From positions 186,001 through 250,000 of IMG/VR virus record IMGVR_UViG_3300027969_000039: 64,000 nucleotides of DNA; one strand, written 5' to 3'. Below are positions 13,801 to 21,217 of this stretch, piece by piece; position 1 is the first letter of the stretch; each line of letters starts with the position of its first letter. The position numbers were made by a program, and so were the translations under genes. The notes under the pieces are model-generated. The model saw nothing but the letters and a program-made list of their open reading frames with translations, did no database searches and was not told the origin of the DNA.

Positions 13801-16800
13801 TATTGTCTATGTCAGAAATATATAACCAAATTTGATCACCTGACAATGCAGTTGAAGTTCCCCATGTAGTAACACCAACTGGTGCTGCAATAGTTTGATA
13901 TAAATCTAATGTGTTAGATAAAGTGGTGTTTATTAACTGATAAATGTAAACATTAGGCGAACCAGTTGGTTCTGAAATCACAAACAAATCGTCAATATAT
14001 GTTATGTTAGACCCAAATGAAGCACCATGGGTCAAAGTTTGAATTGAACTGTAAGAGTTTGAATCAGAATAATATCTATATCTATTAACTGTTCCAGCAC
14101 CACTGTCACCAATTAAATATCCTAATGTGTCTGTATATGCAACTGCACTACCAAAATTATTGCTACTTAATTCAGTAATCTCATTGGTATATTGATAGTT
14201 TAAACTCTTGCGATAAACTGCCCAGCTACCATCATTGTTAGTGTCTACCCATACTTTTAATTTATTAAATTCATTGTCTAATAAAGGTAAGTTTATGATT
14301 TCTGGTGCAGTAGCTACGCGCTGATTCTGCATTCTGAAACCAACGCCTTGTCCAGTTAAACTAGTTATGTTAGGGTCAAGTGAGAGATTAATGATTACTC
14401 TATTTGTATCTACCACTGCTGCAACGATATAATAATTATCAATTGCAACATCAAAATTAACAATTGCAAAAACTTGATATACTGTTAAGTTATGTGCTTG
14501 ATTAAATCTTATTGTTACTGTGCCATTCAAATTATTTTGTGCTGCAATCACCGAACCTAGACTAGCTGGAGTATATACTTTCCAATCTGATAGATAGTTA
14601 GCTAACCAAGCATAATCACGTACATAGAACTCAGTTATTGGTATTGTTGTTCCAACTGAGTTTTGTGCTGTTGACAATCCAGAGTAATAGTAACTAGCCA
14701 TTTTAACATCATCGTAATTAACATATCCTGCCGTAGGATACAACTCAGATGGGTATGTATTAGCTATAGTAGGTAATATATCAACGTCAGTTATTGGACG
14801 ACCATAATTGAATACGCTATATATAGGCACTTGCTGTTGTACGCCATTTATAGCAATACCATTAGTTAATCCTACAATACTAGGGTTACCAGTTAATTCC
14901 GTTTGGTTCAATTTGAATTGAATGAAGTTATTATTTAATACTCCTCCAAACTCACCTGACTTGATAGCCCAATTTTCATATAACTCATAATCAATGCCAC
15001 CTTGCGCTAGTGTTGCACCTTTAAATGCACTTGCTGCATTTAATGTACCTTTATCTTTTATCATATTTTTATAAACATTGACTTGAGTGATATCAGTCAA
15101 ATCAGCCAATGCCATATAATCTCTTGGGCGATATCCAATTAAACTAAAACTTAATAGGTCAGCATCATTTTCTAAATTAGCCCTATTCACATCATAGTAC
15201 AATGTACTTTCGTATGAACGAGTTTGACTATTAGGTAATAATCCTTTTTGTATTTGATCGTAATCTGTTTGCAACCATTCTTGCTCATCAAACGTTTCTT
15301 TTGCTTGAACAATAGTTATAGCAGTCCAATATCTATTTTTATATTTTACAATTGAACCCTGAGTGTATTTTACTTCTCTGGTCCACTCTTGAATGTTATC
15401 TTGATTAAGGATGAATCCATATGCATCTACTGTTCCGTTCCATTCAGCAGTTTTTGTACCACGCACAGTGATACGATTTTGACGCAAACCTGTAACTAAA
15501 TTGTAGATCACATCATTGAATAATGTTAAGTTATTGAATACGATGCCATGTTCAATATTGCTGATGTTAAATTGACCATATGATATAGTATCACCGTCGT
15601 TTAATGCTGTTACTGTAAATGCAGTACCGTCACGAACAACAGACATGTCTGTGCCTGATATAGGATATAGATTCTGATTTAATATAAAATTAAATTGTTG
15701 CAATGTTAATGGTTGAACAATAGAACTTTCTTTGTTTATTGAAAGTATTTTTGCTGCAGGATTTATAGAAGTTATACTACCAACTGCCCATCCAGTCTGT
15801 GCCCAATATAAGAATTCAGCAATCATCTGATTCCAATTGATTGGAATACCATTTTCTATCTCATCAAATACAACACCTTTTTGTATTAGATATTCGCCGT
15901 AGCTAACTAAAAATTGTGATACTTGTTGAACCGTGTAAAATTCAGTTCCATATGGAACTGTTACTGTTCTATCATAGAAGTCAGTTGCTACTCTTACAGT
16001 AAGGTTGTCAACAGTGATAGTTTCAACTGCTGGATTTGGTTTAGGTGCTAATACTTTGAAGTATGCATTAGTCTGACTATTTCCAAATACTTTATATCCA
16101 CGATCAGTAACTTGTACTATTACACCACTATAAACTATTCTATCAAACGGTTGATTTTCGTATAATAATACTTGATAGCTTTCATCAGGAATTAATAATG
16201 AACTATTATTACTGTTGGCAGAACTCTTTTCAACATAGAACTTTAACAAATTCTTATCGCTAAAACCAGCTAAACGATATACTAAACGAACATCTAAATT
16301 ATTTAACAAGGTAGTTATGTTTGTAGTTGCATCAACTCCAACTTGTTTTTCATAATCAACAATCCAGTTGATATAACTGGTTGCAGGAGTACCTGAACCA
16401 TATATTGGTATATCACTTATAATCAAATGATTTATGTTGTTTACTAAGAATTGATTGAATTCAGCATTGTATTTGTAATTGTCAACATCTACTCCTAAAT
16501 TAAAGAAGTCTGCTGGCTTAGTTACTGCTAGTATACGCATCAAATCAAATGGCCAAGTACTACTTCTACGGTAGCTAAACTCTGCGGGCCCTACATCACC
16601 TACGACCCAATCACGTTGAAATGCATTTTCATCATATGCCCCTACAATAGAAATTAGTGGTGATACTAAATTTCCATTGCTATCAACTGGGATAATTTTT
16701 AATAAATCAGGACGAGCATAATTAGGTTTTATATAAGAATTACCGTTATTCCAAACTAATCCTTCAGCTAAATCTTCCCAAAGAACTAAGTTATCACTAG

Positions 16801-19800
16801 TGTATGGTGCTGCACCATATCTAGTTTCCCACCATGTTGGTTTATTAGCAATGCCTAACATTTCCCATGGTGTTTGATCTGGGGTTGAAGTATCGTAATA
16901 GTACAGATATAAACCTCTAAAATATCCTTGCTCAATTGGCTGGCGATTTATCTTGTTGCCACTGTCAACATAGTTATAACTAAATTGATTATTCTTATTG
17001 TAAAACTGTGTCTTGTAATCTATTCTATTTTGCCCTACCCAATTTAAGAAAGATTCACTATATATTTGTAAAAATTCATCGTAAGTATAACCTGTTTCTC
17101 TAAAGAATCCAGGTATTATTACACCTTCATATGAACCAGCCGGGACTGTTTCACTTAATTTTAAATTATTATAAACACGGGTTTCATATTCAAGTAACAC
17201 TTGGTCTCTGAAGTCAACTAATTTACCTGTACCAGGATTATAATTTCCATATAATTTAGTAAAAGAACCGTCATGTCCTACAATGAAATATGTTTCTGGA
17301 TTATATGCTGTATCTAATACTACCGCAGGTACCGTTGCAGGATATAATCCTAATTTAGTAGGAGTATTTGGTGCATAGCTACCATATGTTTGATTATATT
17401 CGTTTACTGTAATTTTGTCATTAGGTTGTAAATCAGTAGTGACAGTTAGTGTAGGACTATCTATACTAATAGTATAATCAATTCCTTTAATTAATTGAGT
17501 TTGTTTTTCGTTACGAGTAAGATATACCAAAACTCCATTATAATTTGCTGTAGTAAAATTATATATTTGACTCAATGGGTATATACTAGTATCTAATGAA
17601 TTAGCAAAAGAATATGTATTAGTAACATATGGTGCTTTTGCTGGAATCATGTCACTCCAGAAAAACGGTTGTTCATTATTACGTGCCGCATTCATTTGAA
17701 TGATTGCGTTATCTAGCATTTGAGCAGGGGTTAACATTGTGCTATAGCTAGAATTATTAATTGTATCAATTAATAGATTTTTAAAAGTAATATACTGTCT
17801 GCTATTGTATAATAGTGCATCAATTACATCATGTGTTTGGTTTCGTAAAAATACCCCAGGCAATACAAGCGAAGCACTATTCTGTATTATTCTATTACCC
17901 CATGGTACTAAATTACCTAAATCACGATAATTATTTGCCCCAAATACTTCACCGGTTGTATTTGGATTGTTAAAGAAGATGCTTTGATATTGTCCACGAA
18001 TGTCGCCAATGTTAGCAGTAGTTATATCTTCATTGAATGGATTGTTATTCAAATTATCAGGGATTTGATAATATGCTGTATTACTTACTTGATCACTTAA
18101 TACTAAAATTTGTATTACTGTTTCTACTGCATCAAAATTAAGAGGAATATTAACTGTGGTAGTAGTATTGGTAGTTGTTACCGTGTAATCAGTATTAGGT
18201 ATATAACGATTATTAATGTACACTTGTACAGTAGGCCAATTAGTTTTTGTAGAACTCATCGGAGAAACATCACATGTAAATGTGTACACCGGAGCAACTA
18301 TCGTCCAATCAAATTCAAATATTTGATATTGAACACTAGGAGAGACTGCGGTTTGCCAACCTAATGATCTCACATAGTTAATACGGTCAGTGTAATTATA
18401 TACATATCCGGTGTTAACTTTTTGTGTTATTGCCGTAGTGCCATTGACGTAATTAAAAGTATCTAAATTTAAAGAAACATCAAAACTAACATCCCCAATA
18501 TTGTCTATTGAACTATAACGTATTGGGAAACCTAAATATATATCATCAGTTCCTGAACCTATTCCATATCTAAACAATGTTGAACCAGTGAATGACGTAC
18601 TAGTATATACTAGAGGGTCACTAAAACTTATACCGTTTTCATCAAATATATCAAACTTTGGTGGTTGATTTACAGTTGTCTTTTGTTGTCCTGCATACCA
18701 ATTGTTCCCGTCAAAATAAAAATCTTTACCTATGTTATTGTATCCGCGATATACAGCAGTTTGCTCATCGGGTAATACTAATCCATCTTCAGCTTCAAAT
18801 AAAGTAATTACTGGAACACCATATGGTGTAGTAGTTGAAAATCTTGCTATATAGATTTTATTTCTTATGTTTGCTGTTGTGTCAACTGAAAATACTACTC
18901 TAGCACCGTCAAAAAGTGCATAGTTATCTAATGGAGTATCTGCTGTAACTACAGACGCAATTGAGGTCCCATCTATTATAGATTGACTATACCAGGTAAC
19001 CGTTATAATTGTGTTTGAGCCCACGACTGAAACATCACTAACTAAAGTAATAGAAGGCAATACACCAATCGTATCTGTTATATATTGATTGACTTCAAAT
19101 AACCCAGACACCCCGGTTGTAGGAACAGTTATAGTGGTAGAATACGGGTATATAGAAGTAGTCATTGTACCACTAGCGGTGGTAAGAATAACAGATTCTC
19201 CGCCTTTTAAAGTAGATACAGTTATTAAATTACTAGCAATATCAGTAATATAATAAGTAGTTCCGGATATTATTCCACCAAAAACAGTGCCGCCAAAACT
19301 TATAGTATCATTCACATGCAACGTAGCGGTACTACTCAATAAAATTTGATTGGTTACTGCATACGTTGTAGTTGCTGTTATACTAGTAATCGGACCAGAG
19401 ACAGGTGCTATTATTGCATCGTATGTTGTCCAACCTGCTACATCTGGATAGTATCCACTCTGTCCTGCTACATAGGTAAATGCGTCAGTTGTTCTAGTAT
19501 CAAAAAAATCTACCGGACTTTTTCCTACTGAACCAGAATCAAATAATTTTAAGTTAGGATAAAATTCAATTATTGGTCTTTTTGCTTTATTAGAATCAGT
19601 AGTATATTCTGTTATTAGTGCAGGAGTGTTGTTGTATGCAGCAGTAGCATTAATAACATCTATGTGAAACCAACGATTACTTCTTGACCATGCATTTCTA
19701 TTAACTGAATTTCTAGCAATGGTTATGTAATCTGGATTTATAGGAACATATAAACTAGAATCATAGTTTCCAACATCCCATGCGGTTGTGTCCCACGGTG

Positions 19801-21190
19801 TGTATTCACCAGAGGCAAATAACCCAGGTGATACTAAATTAGTTACTGTTAGTAACTCTATGTTAGTTCCAACACCTTCTACATAGTATTCTGTATTGTT
19901 ATACGTGTTAGGGAAAATATTTCCTTGGAATATAACTTTTAACCCGTTAGTGAACACTACTCCATTTGGAGAAGTATATTGTTTTTTACCTAATATGTCT
20001 GTTATAACATTAATTTGACTTGTGCTATTATTCTCAACTAGTTTAATAATACCTACTCTAGTAGAAATAGTATCATCTTGATAATACAACGTATCTAATA
20101 TTGGACTATTGTATGGTTCTAATTGTATGTAACCTAAATTATTTCTATAGAAAAGTCTATTAATCCATTGAGTGCCATATAATGCTATTATTTGCTGTTC
20201 GTTTGGAATAGCATCACCTAGTGTCAATGATATGACTGGATTATTGGTTGCGCCAGTTAGTGTGATTTGATAGAAATTAGTTTCTGTGCCTAAATCATTT
20301 TCGCCGGTATTATAAAACATTAGCGTCAATCCATCTAATGATGTTATTCCGTCAATGCCACCTATATCATTTACATATGCTCCGTTAACTTGACTATACG
20401 GAAGTGTAGAAACAACACCTACTGTATTGTCTCCAGAAAAAATATAATCAGCTAGTGCATTTTTTTGCGGAACATTAAATGTAATCGTTCCATCTGATAT
20501 CCCGTTATTAGTAACTCCGTATACATCACGGGTTTGAAGATTAGTTTGTGTTGGACTATAGCCAGTGACACCCGGTGCGCCTTGTATCCAAAAATTAGTA
20601 TTTTGATTAACAACAAATGTATAAGTTCCGCCACGGATTAAGGTTAGTGTTGGGTTAGCTTCTGCATCAGCTAATGATTCAGATGTTATTACATAATCAG
20701 CGGGTTCTGATGCAACTACATAAGTAGCTTGAGTATATACTGCGCTAGGTTGTACTGTGACACGTTCGGGTCCGGTTGGCAGCCAGTAATATTGATTATA
20801 GTTTATTATTTTATCTAAATCAGTAAAAGAATCCCATGAATAAAACTGACTACTAAACAATCTACTATTGTCATATGTTATTCCGCCACGTAATGTTAGT
20901 GCATCTATTATACCCGGATAACTAATAAAATCTTTTGCAGTAGTATCATTTTCTTTTAAGAAAACAACACCTGGATCTAATTGATAATCAGTTCTAGTTT
21001 TAGTTGGTTCAGTAACATAATAGTCATTGGCATTAACACCATATCCAAATTTACTACCAATGTAACCCTCAATTCTTTCAATATTGGGCTGTGCAACTAG
21101 CTGGTCCAATGTTGCTGCTAAAAATTGAGCATTGGTGGTAGTTTTGAATATTTCTGGTAGAAAATCTAGTGTTCTAATTCTTGTTGCCAT
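1811..21190 (-). CDS. Giant baseplate wedge/adhesin-like structural protein (gp7-like position), 6459 aa
   Basis: Directly downstream of gp6-like gene. Contains YLNEVKPYHV (wedge-type motif), FG-GAP-like blades (FGYSIA...VVVGTP, FGTSVDV...LIGAP), BNR-like SxDGxxW repeats and many beta-rich repeats. Confidence 0.75.
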   Translation of the reverse strand: MATRIRTLDFLPEIFKTTTNAQFLAATLDQLVAQPNIERIEGYIGSKFGYGVNANDYYVTEPTKTRTDYQLDPGVVFLKENDTTAKDFISYPGIIDALTLRGGITYDNSRLFSSQFYSWDSFTDLDKIINYNQYYWLPTGPERVTVQPSAVYTQATYVVASEPADYVITSESLADAEANPTLTLIRGGTYTFVVNQNTNFWIQGAPGVTGYSPTQTNLQTRDVYGVTNNGISDGTITFNVPQKNALADYIFSGDNTVGVVSTLPYSQVNGAYVNDIGGIDGITSLDGLTLMFYNTGENDLGTETNFYQITLTGATNNPVISLTLGDAIPNEQQIIALYGTQWINRLFYRNNLGYIQLEPYNSPILDTLYYQDDTISTRVGIIKLVENNSTSQINVITDILGKKQYTSPNGVVFTNGLKVIFQGNIFPNTYNNTEYYVEGVGTNIELLTVTNLVSPGLFASGEYTPWDTTAWDVGNYDSSLYVPINPDYITIARNSVNRNAWSRSNRWFHIDVINATAAYNNTPALITEYTTDSNKAKRPIIEFYPNLKLFDSGSVGKSPVDFFDTRTTDAFTYVAGQSGYYPDVAGWTTYDAIIAPVSGPITSITATTTYAVTNQILLSSTATLHVNDTISFGGTVFGGIISGTTYYITDIASNLITVSTLKGGESVILTTASGTMTTSIYPYSTTITVPTTGVSGLFEVNQYITDTIGVLPSITLVSDVSVVGSNTIITVTWYSQSIIDGTSIASVVTADTPLDNYALFDGARVVFSVDTTANIRNKIYIARFSTTTPYGVPVITLFEAEDGLVLPDEQTAVYRGYNNIGKDFYFDGNNWYAGQQKTTVNQPPKFDIFDENGISFSDPLVYTSTSFTGSTLFRYGIGSGTDDIYLGFPIRYSSIDNIGDVSFDVSLNLDTFNYVNGTTAITQKVNTGYVYNYTDRINYVRSLGWQTAVSPSVQYQIFEFDWTIVAPVYTFTCDVSPMSSTKTNWPTVQVYINNRYIPNTDYTVTTTNTTTTVNIPLNFDAVETVIQILVLSDQVSNTAYYQIPDNLNNNPFNEDITTANIGDIRGQYQSIFFNNPNTTGEVFGANNYRDLGNLVPWGNRIIQNSASLVLPGVFLRNQTHDVIDALLYNSRQYITFKNLLIDTINNSSYSTMLTPAQMLDNAIIQMNAARNNEQPFFWSDMIPAKAPYVTNTYSFANSLDTSIYPLSQIYNFTTANYNGVLVYLTRNEKQTQLIKGIDYTISIDSPTLTVTTDLQPNDKITVNEYNQTYGSYAPNTPTKLGLYPATVPAVVLDTAYNPETYFIVGHDGSFTKLYGNYNPGTGKLVDFRDQVLLEYETRVYNNLKLSETVPAGSYEGVIIPGFFRETGYTYDEFLQIYSESFLNWVGQNRIDYKTQFYNKNNQFSYNYVDSGNKINRQPIEQGYFRGLYLYYYDTSTPDQTPWEMLGIANKPTWWETRYGAAPYTSDNLVLWEDLAEGLVWNNGNSYIKPNYARPDLLKIIPVDSNGNLVSPLISIVGAYDENAFQRDWVVGDVGPAEFSYRRSSTWPFDLMRILAVTKPADFFNLGVDVDNYKYNAEFNQFLVNNINHLIISDIPIYGSGTPATSYINWIVDYEKQVGVDATTNITTLLNNLDVRLVYRLAGFSDKNLLKFYVEKSSANSNNSSLLIPDESYQVLLYENQPFDRIVYSGVIVQVTDRGYKVFGNSQTNAYFKVLAPKPNPAVETITVDNLTVRVATDFYDRTVTVPYGTEFYTVQQVSQFLVSYGEYLIQKGVVFDEIENGIPINWNQMIAEFLYWAQTGWAVGSITSINPAAKILSINKESSIVQPLTLQQFNFILNQNLYPISGTDMSVVRDGTAFTVTALNDGDTISYGQFNISNIEHGIVFNNLTLFNDVIYNLVTGLRQNRITVRGTKTAEWNGTVDAYGFILNQDNIQEWTREVKYTQGSIVKYKNRYWTAITIVQAKETFDEQEWLQTDYDQIQKGLLPNSQTRSYESTLYYDVNRANLENDADLLSFSLIGYRPRDYMALADLTDITQVNVYKNMIKDKGTLNAASAFKGATLAQGGIDYELYENWAIKSGEFGGVLNNNFIQFKLNQTELTGNPSIVGLTNGIAINGVQQQVPIYSVFNYGRPITDVDILPTIANTYPSELYPTAGYVNYDDVKMASYYYSGLSTAQNSVGTTIPITEFYVRDYAWLANYLSDWKVYTPASLGSVIAAQNNLNGTVTIRFNQAHNLTVYQVFAIVNFDVAIDNYYIVAAVVDTNRVIINLSLDPNITSLTGQGVGFRMQNQRVATAPEIINLPLLDNEFNKLKVWVDTNNDGSWAVYRKSLNYQYTNEITELSSNNFGSAVAYTDTLGYLIGDSGAGTVNRYRYYSDSNSYSSIQTLTHGASFGSNITYIDDLFVISEPTGSPNVYIYQLINTTLSNTLDLYQTIAAPVGVTTWGTSTALSGDQIWLYISDIDNNYVYVYRKSALTDLYEYSTRITVAGLVSGDTFGYSIATDYYGDTVVVGTPYKDYDVNTANYGYTYVFSRTVQNTISRTSNQPFIPIVIPLAWTPTTVSQTATATDSTTDRITVSSSAGFSVNDPVVFSGTLISAGAIAADTVYYVYDKPTSTTFRIALTRDATAPIDLITASGSMTVTVQTTPLFVSVNGTSLDDNTYAVTGSSLYVYSSQSPTINAGDLINISGSNFVLTQTLTNEETPRVGVEFGTSVDVNRYANEILIGAPYELSDKNYEGAVHRYTNAGEKYGMIVGDTTCTITAPRNILINGFNVILPIGDATSAATSINIVSIPNVYATTLNGKLVISLVDTTIGTAGNKLSLSVVDNATLSEIGITIYTQTQKIMCPHLDGRTQFGTVVKFDKSYSGSFIASAPVGARYTSTTFDFTDDELDNDTVFDNNATQWIDVFTNAGAVYMFDYLSAYNENIDNPGNFVYAQSTNSKDLDYGTQPYYGTALDFNSNHVTIGTPNFVPNTGYNGQVITYVSQSSTPDWAVYRSSAPVVDVNGIFNIQLFSALTNNTLENLDYIDPLQGKLLGAVAENIDITSNNDPAGYNSPADTQGGIVWSSDKVGQLWFDTSNTRFMNYHQNDVSYNSQWWGRVFPGSDVAVYSWISSNVPPSQYTGPGVPYNIDNYSVGGVINAEGLIAPIYYFWARNTNIIFEKLGKTLSDTVLEYYIIQPQATGITYFAPLLPSVYALYNAFAYINANDTVLNIGYATGSNNDVPHNQYSLIRANYADDFLSGTPGSGAGYQYRGAVGIDQPIGLYNRMLDSMCGVDNAGGVVPDPLLPKAVQTGVLSRPRQGFFYDRFGALKNYLQYANTVLAQFPIAEIRNPVFLTETGEAFDTTQYWYYINWWATGYNDATKASIQVPLYADLSTLEVAAGTIVKVISNGSGNGETYIYGADGLWTRIGLDNGTIEFSSVLWDYPSARLGFGDNFFDTTPFDSYPSTETRYIVRALNEEIYTNELLIFRNKSLILLFEYIQSETIESQNYLTWLNKTSFLDVSHTIRELVPIEVFRSDNQLFLEGYLNEVKPYHVVIKEFLFKYTRTDVFEGDITDFDLPAQWNANIGEFVSPQLVYNGGDSVYQYPPTSSIWDSNAYTEWYNNYGLSIGVFVDETQSYIGQKDFQISVLDSYLSLNTSYCYVGNVNGFPINGTITIGEEQIGYSGKDLLNNQLTGLTRGMNGTTITQHLPGEYIFMDLPPVIILNTGRNYINPPQITAYVDTTIYPEPRVPAQLQAIMSLGTVIGVEVINPGSGYAVLPNIVIDPAYILSIDSSQVNVLDNTININTAYDLQTGDVIVYSVGSNSTTIEGLIEGQQYYVNLLEITPSPVFALYTMYQEAIQDHNRVVFGNSGTGTQNFSIGAIGYCILNSMPIRENVITLRFDRTTYTSQVIDWAPGGLYGSFYAGDLHNSNQISSSSIKLYEEYPSIDSILASAAGATFEILDAENQQTLTWSSRTRNTVQTYGSSYSTVAYQNAIRINPSSGGAAVAGDIGSTIGFYIGMPVKFVGSTIGTSLVDSTTYYVKSLVQLPNANSTSSSNLDIGYNYVITVLGDTDWNSVADTVGVTYAVGDVVISKFVASGTGTAALLEDTGFTISDTVGIDGVPGAVFVQNTATIVTAGLILYVGQLVNQAILTINYTGLRNAVATTRTTNNVTVLLTPTGQNGTIGFYTTMPLFFVTNSAGNNETFGNIVENKIYYVLTVIDLETFTMSATNELPVMFEVTATSSSNNSITCETTQGLTINEPIIFTGTTFGNIVAGATYYVREKFTNGTSFSVSTSVNGEAVTLTTATGSCMLNSQDLAVQLTDGSGSMTLNVNLPVSPGQITGQQFTLYQTSQQYSGLSGTISNLLTRSISATLATVNRICISTFSGGLTNIYNGLKFNVGNDIGGLTTTGGPYTVTGTGTTALTVTDTTSSTNWLTAPLSLNPNLTDVLYVGMPIYFTGTSIGGVSLNLVYYVFSIDSSPPADTGRFTISEDQLFGSVYNVTTDSGLMTLSGEGYITVGTSLLNSTQAATITDSSTPTAATITVANGSAFPNGTAVVLSSTGTLPAPFNVYTTYYVANKSGNTFNLVYVVGGTTIKTTTTGSGTHYVLETQVQLVQEVVTDPNFDVSYILGGYRIVITSAGQGYAVDNTVTIAGSSIGGISPANDLTLTALTIDSIGGITSAVCVGTPAGVVEQYYLEVISSNQVAVYSNPELTAPVSGQNFSYSGITSTTATETVAASDRITVTSSASFNVNEPVVFTETVFGGISLGLTYYIYDKPTSTTVRISTLPALLSSLVQLTDATGSMTMASSGDYALLPEPFYFTPSIVKFNNRVYQCVVSNNDNEFIIGKWELLSPDNRNLNALDRIIGYYQPTVNMPGKDLAQLVNGITYPNSTYLGNAFAPADEYTLNTILTDQTFYPVGLNGQSIAVKDSTYFIASNSSDYSSINTSTLSNWTINKLSNTPINVTSIIYTGGTSGKFILSSNNTATPILVSDDGINWDATALYNSTDPILLASSGVTLNCVTNSSIASATVAVGSSIITSVTQPNDNVPYTWDETFTFTNGFTNEFNGVAYVSTAGFTGFIAVGLGQAASSGTVAPTNYGIIYSSADGFTWTQVPFTATSFSLNSIAGNSQTIVIVGDNGVIYTSFNGTTWFPQTSPVATNLNNVTWSTYLSTFIAVGDNGVILTAPTNGITWTQQTSNVTENLQSSVSDNVSGLLIVIGYNNTMLRSTNSTTWTLDNYVNTPAPIYNVQGDSFTEGYGPEELVAGVVSDNITMIVNTRPGTNWDQTIYQNIGYNVVSLEIAPTSGTQTQYSFINAVNVPIQISVFMIDYTTELSTTMILGSDYTIDWINKIVILSNPITYVSSTIHDNLRIDVYEVGNGDQLVKSNTEADPIKYNEVTGFSEIDVNANYSAGIYQGSGLIKPTTSPVTAYALSTNGINNTIQCDSVDDFVLNGAITFSGAVFGNIVEDQTYYVKSIGYTTNRITISDTYNSSTGTAGTIFFLSTASGLMDAIIQTGLGAAWSPPAVYHNGNLLVLGYTATVLRTKSSTNTITTITTSGLIVNTPIVFSETIFGGIVHHQTYYIKSIYDSNEFTISETVSGPVFQLTNATGSAEFISNDYSIGISTNGITAAIIFAANYDNTVDYLVYSFLGQTVPTQYGYTLPQTQLFIGDGSTDSFALDYFVGEDNPTNAIVEINGLRQSLSTYTISADNDSILFDTPPNVNDNISVTSYNLTERQYFSTSELTSSYTVAPIINVNNVITPTTAIIGITSTQAGSATVVNAGSFTTTKQYIIVSLGTTTNWNTVAGTTGVTYAVGSLFTAATVGSGNGTAKLANSLISTADPSLNLTVGQSIQFKTANINAGSFISSTQYCITSLGNTDWQSIASSYNWLSGYPVVGGIFTANAIGSGSGTAVLTTINGISTIGTNYTVSAITTNPNAAYAFTIQDELSASPTVTTGAVATVLTGYAGGFSAVTVTTSITPNFILNSLVRIDGVIGSVQLNNNLYYVRPMSTTQYELYTEPYNPALYAVNYPVTTISTYVSGGYIWIDGVFTIHDTVATATDDNGNRITVASTDILISNTPVYFTKYPAPSETNILGNILAKHKYYIFAVRPEISAGNFIIGNEYEITSLGTTNWNAIGYVGTPVTLGTFVATGTGTGTGTANGLQEFTISETPFPYQEEVQLVDASGSIYVTQYEQVNVDRLWVTINGYRVPSSSLRLNSYNNLSILSNIQTSDEVIITSMMPTASPNEETYLLNVSQQGDASVYRANHQTRTWLVSPLEILQDIIYLNDVTRVTDSIIQTVTAPALVDGTFNIGLISNKNVICHIQVYNNTTGLFLGGANFAIVIEDTAPILQIQPIGVSVGDSLTITTVEGRLLYINGEQIGFNECDLVANTVSQLTRGANGTGMQAYIPVYSEAFGLIPNNRMSDVLYSATWNPIPGIYNTEDGDPLQIAYTQGANFLRTDIT

Positions 21191-21217
21191 TTTAAAAATC
21201 TTTTAGTTATATATTAC

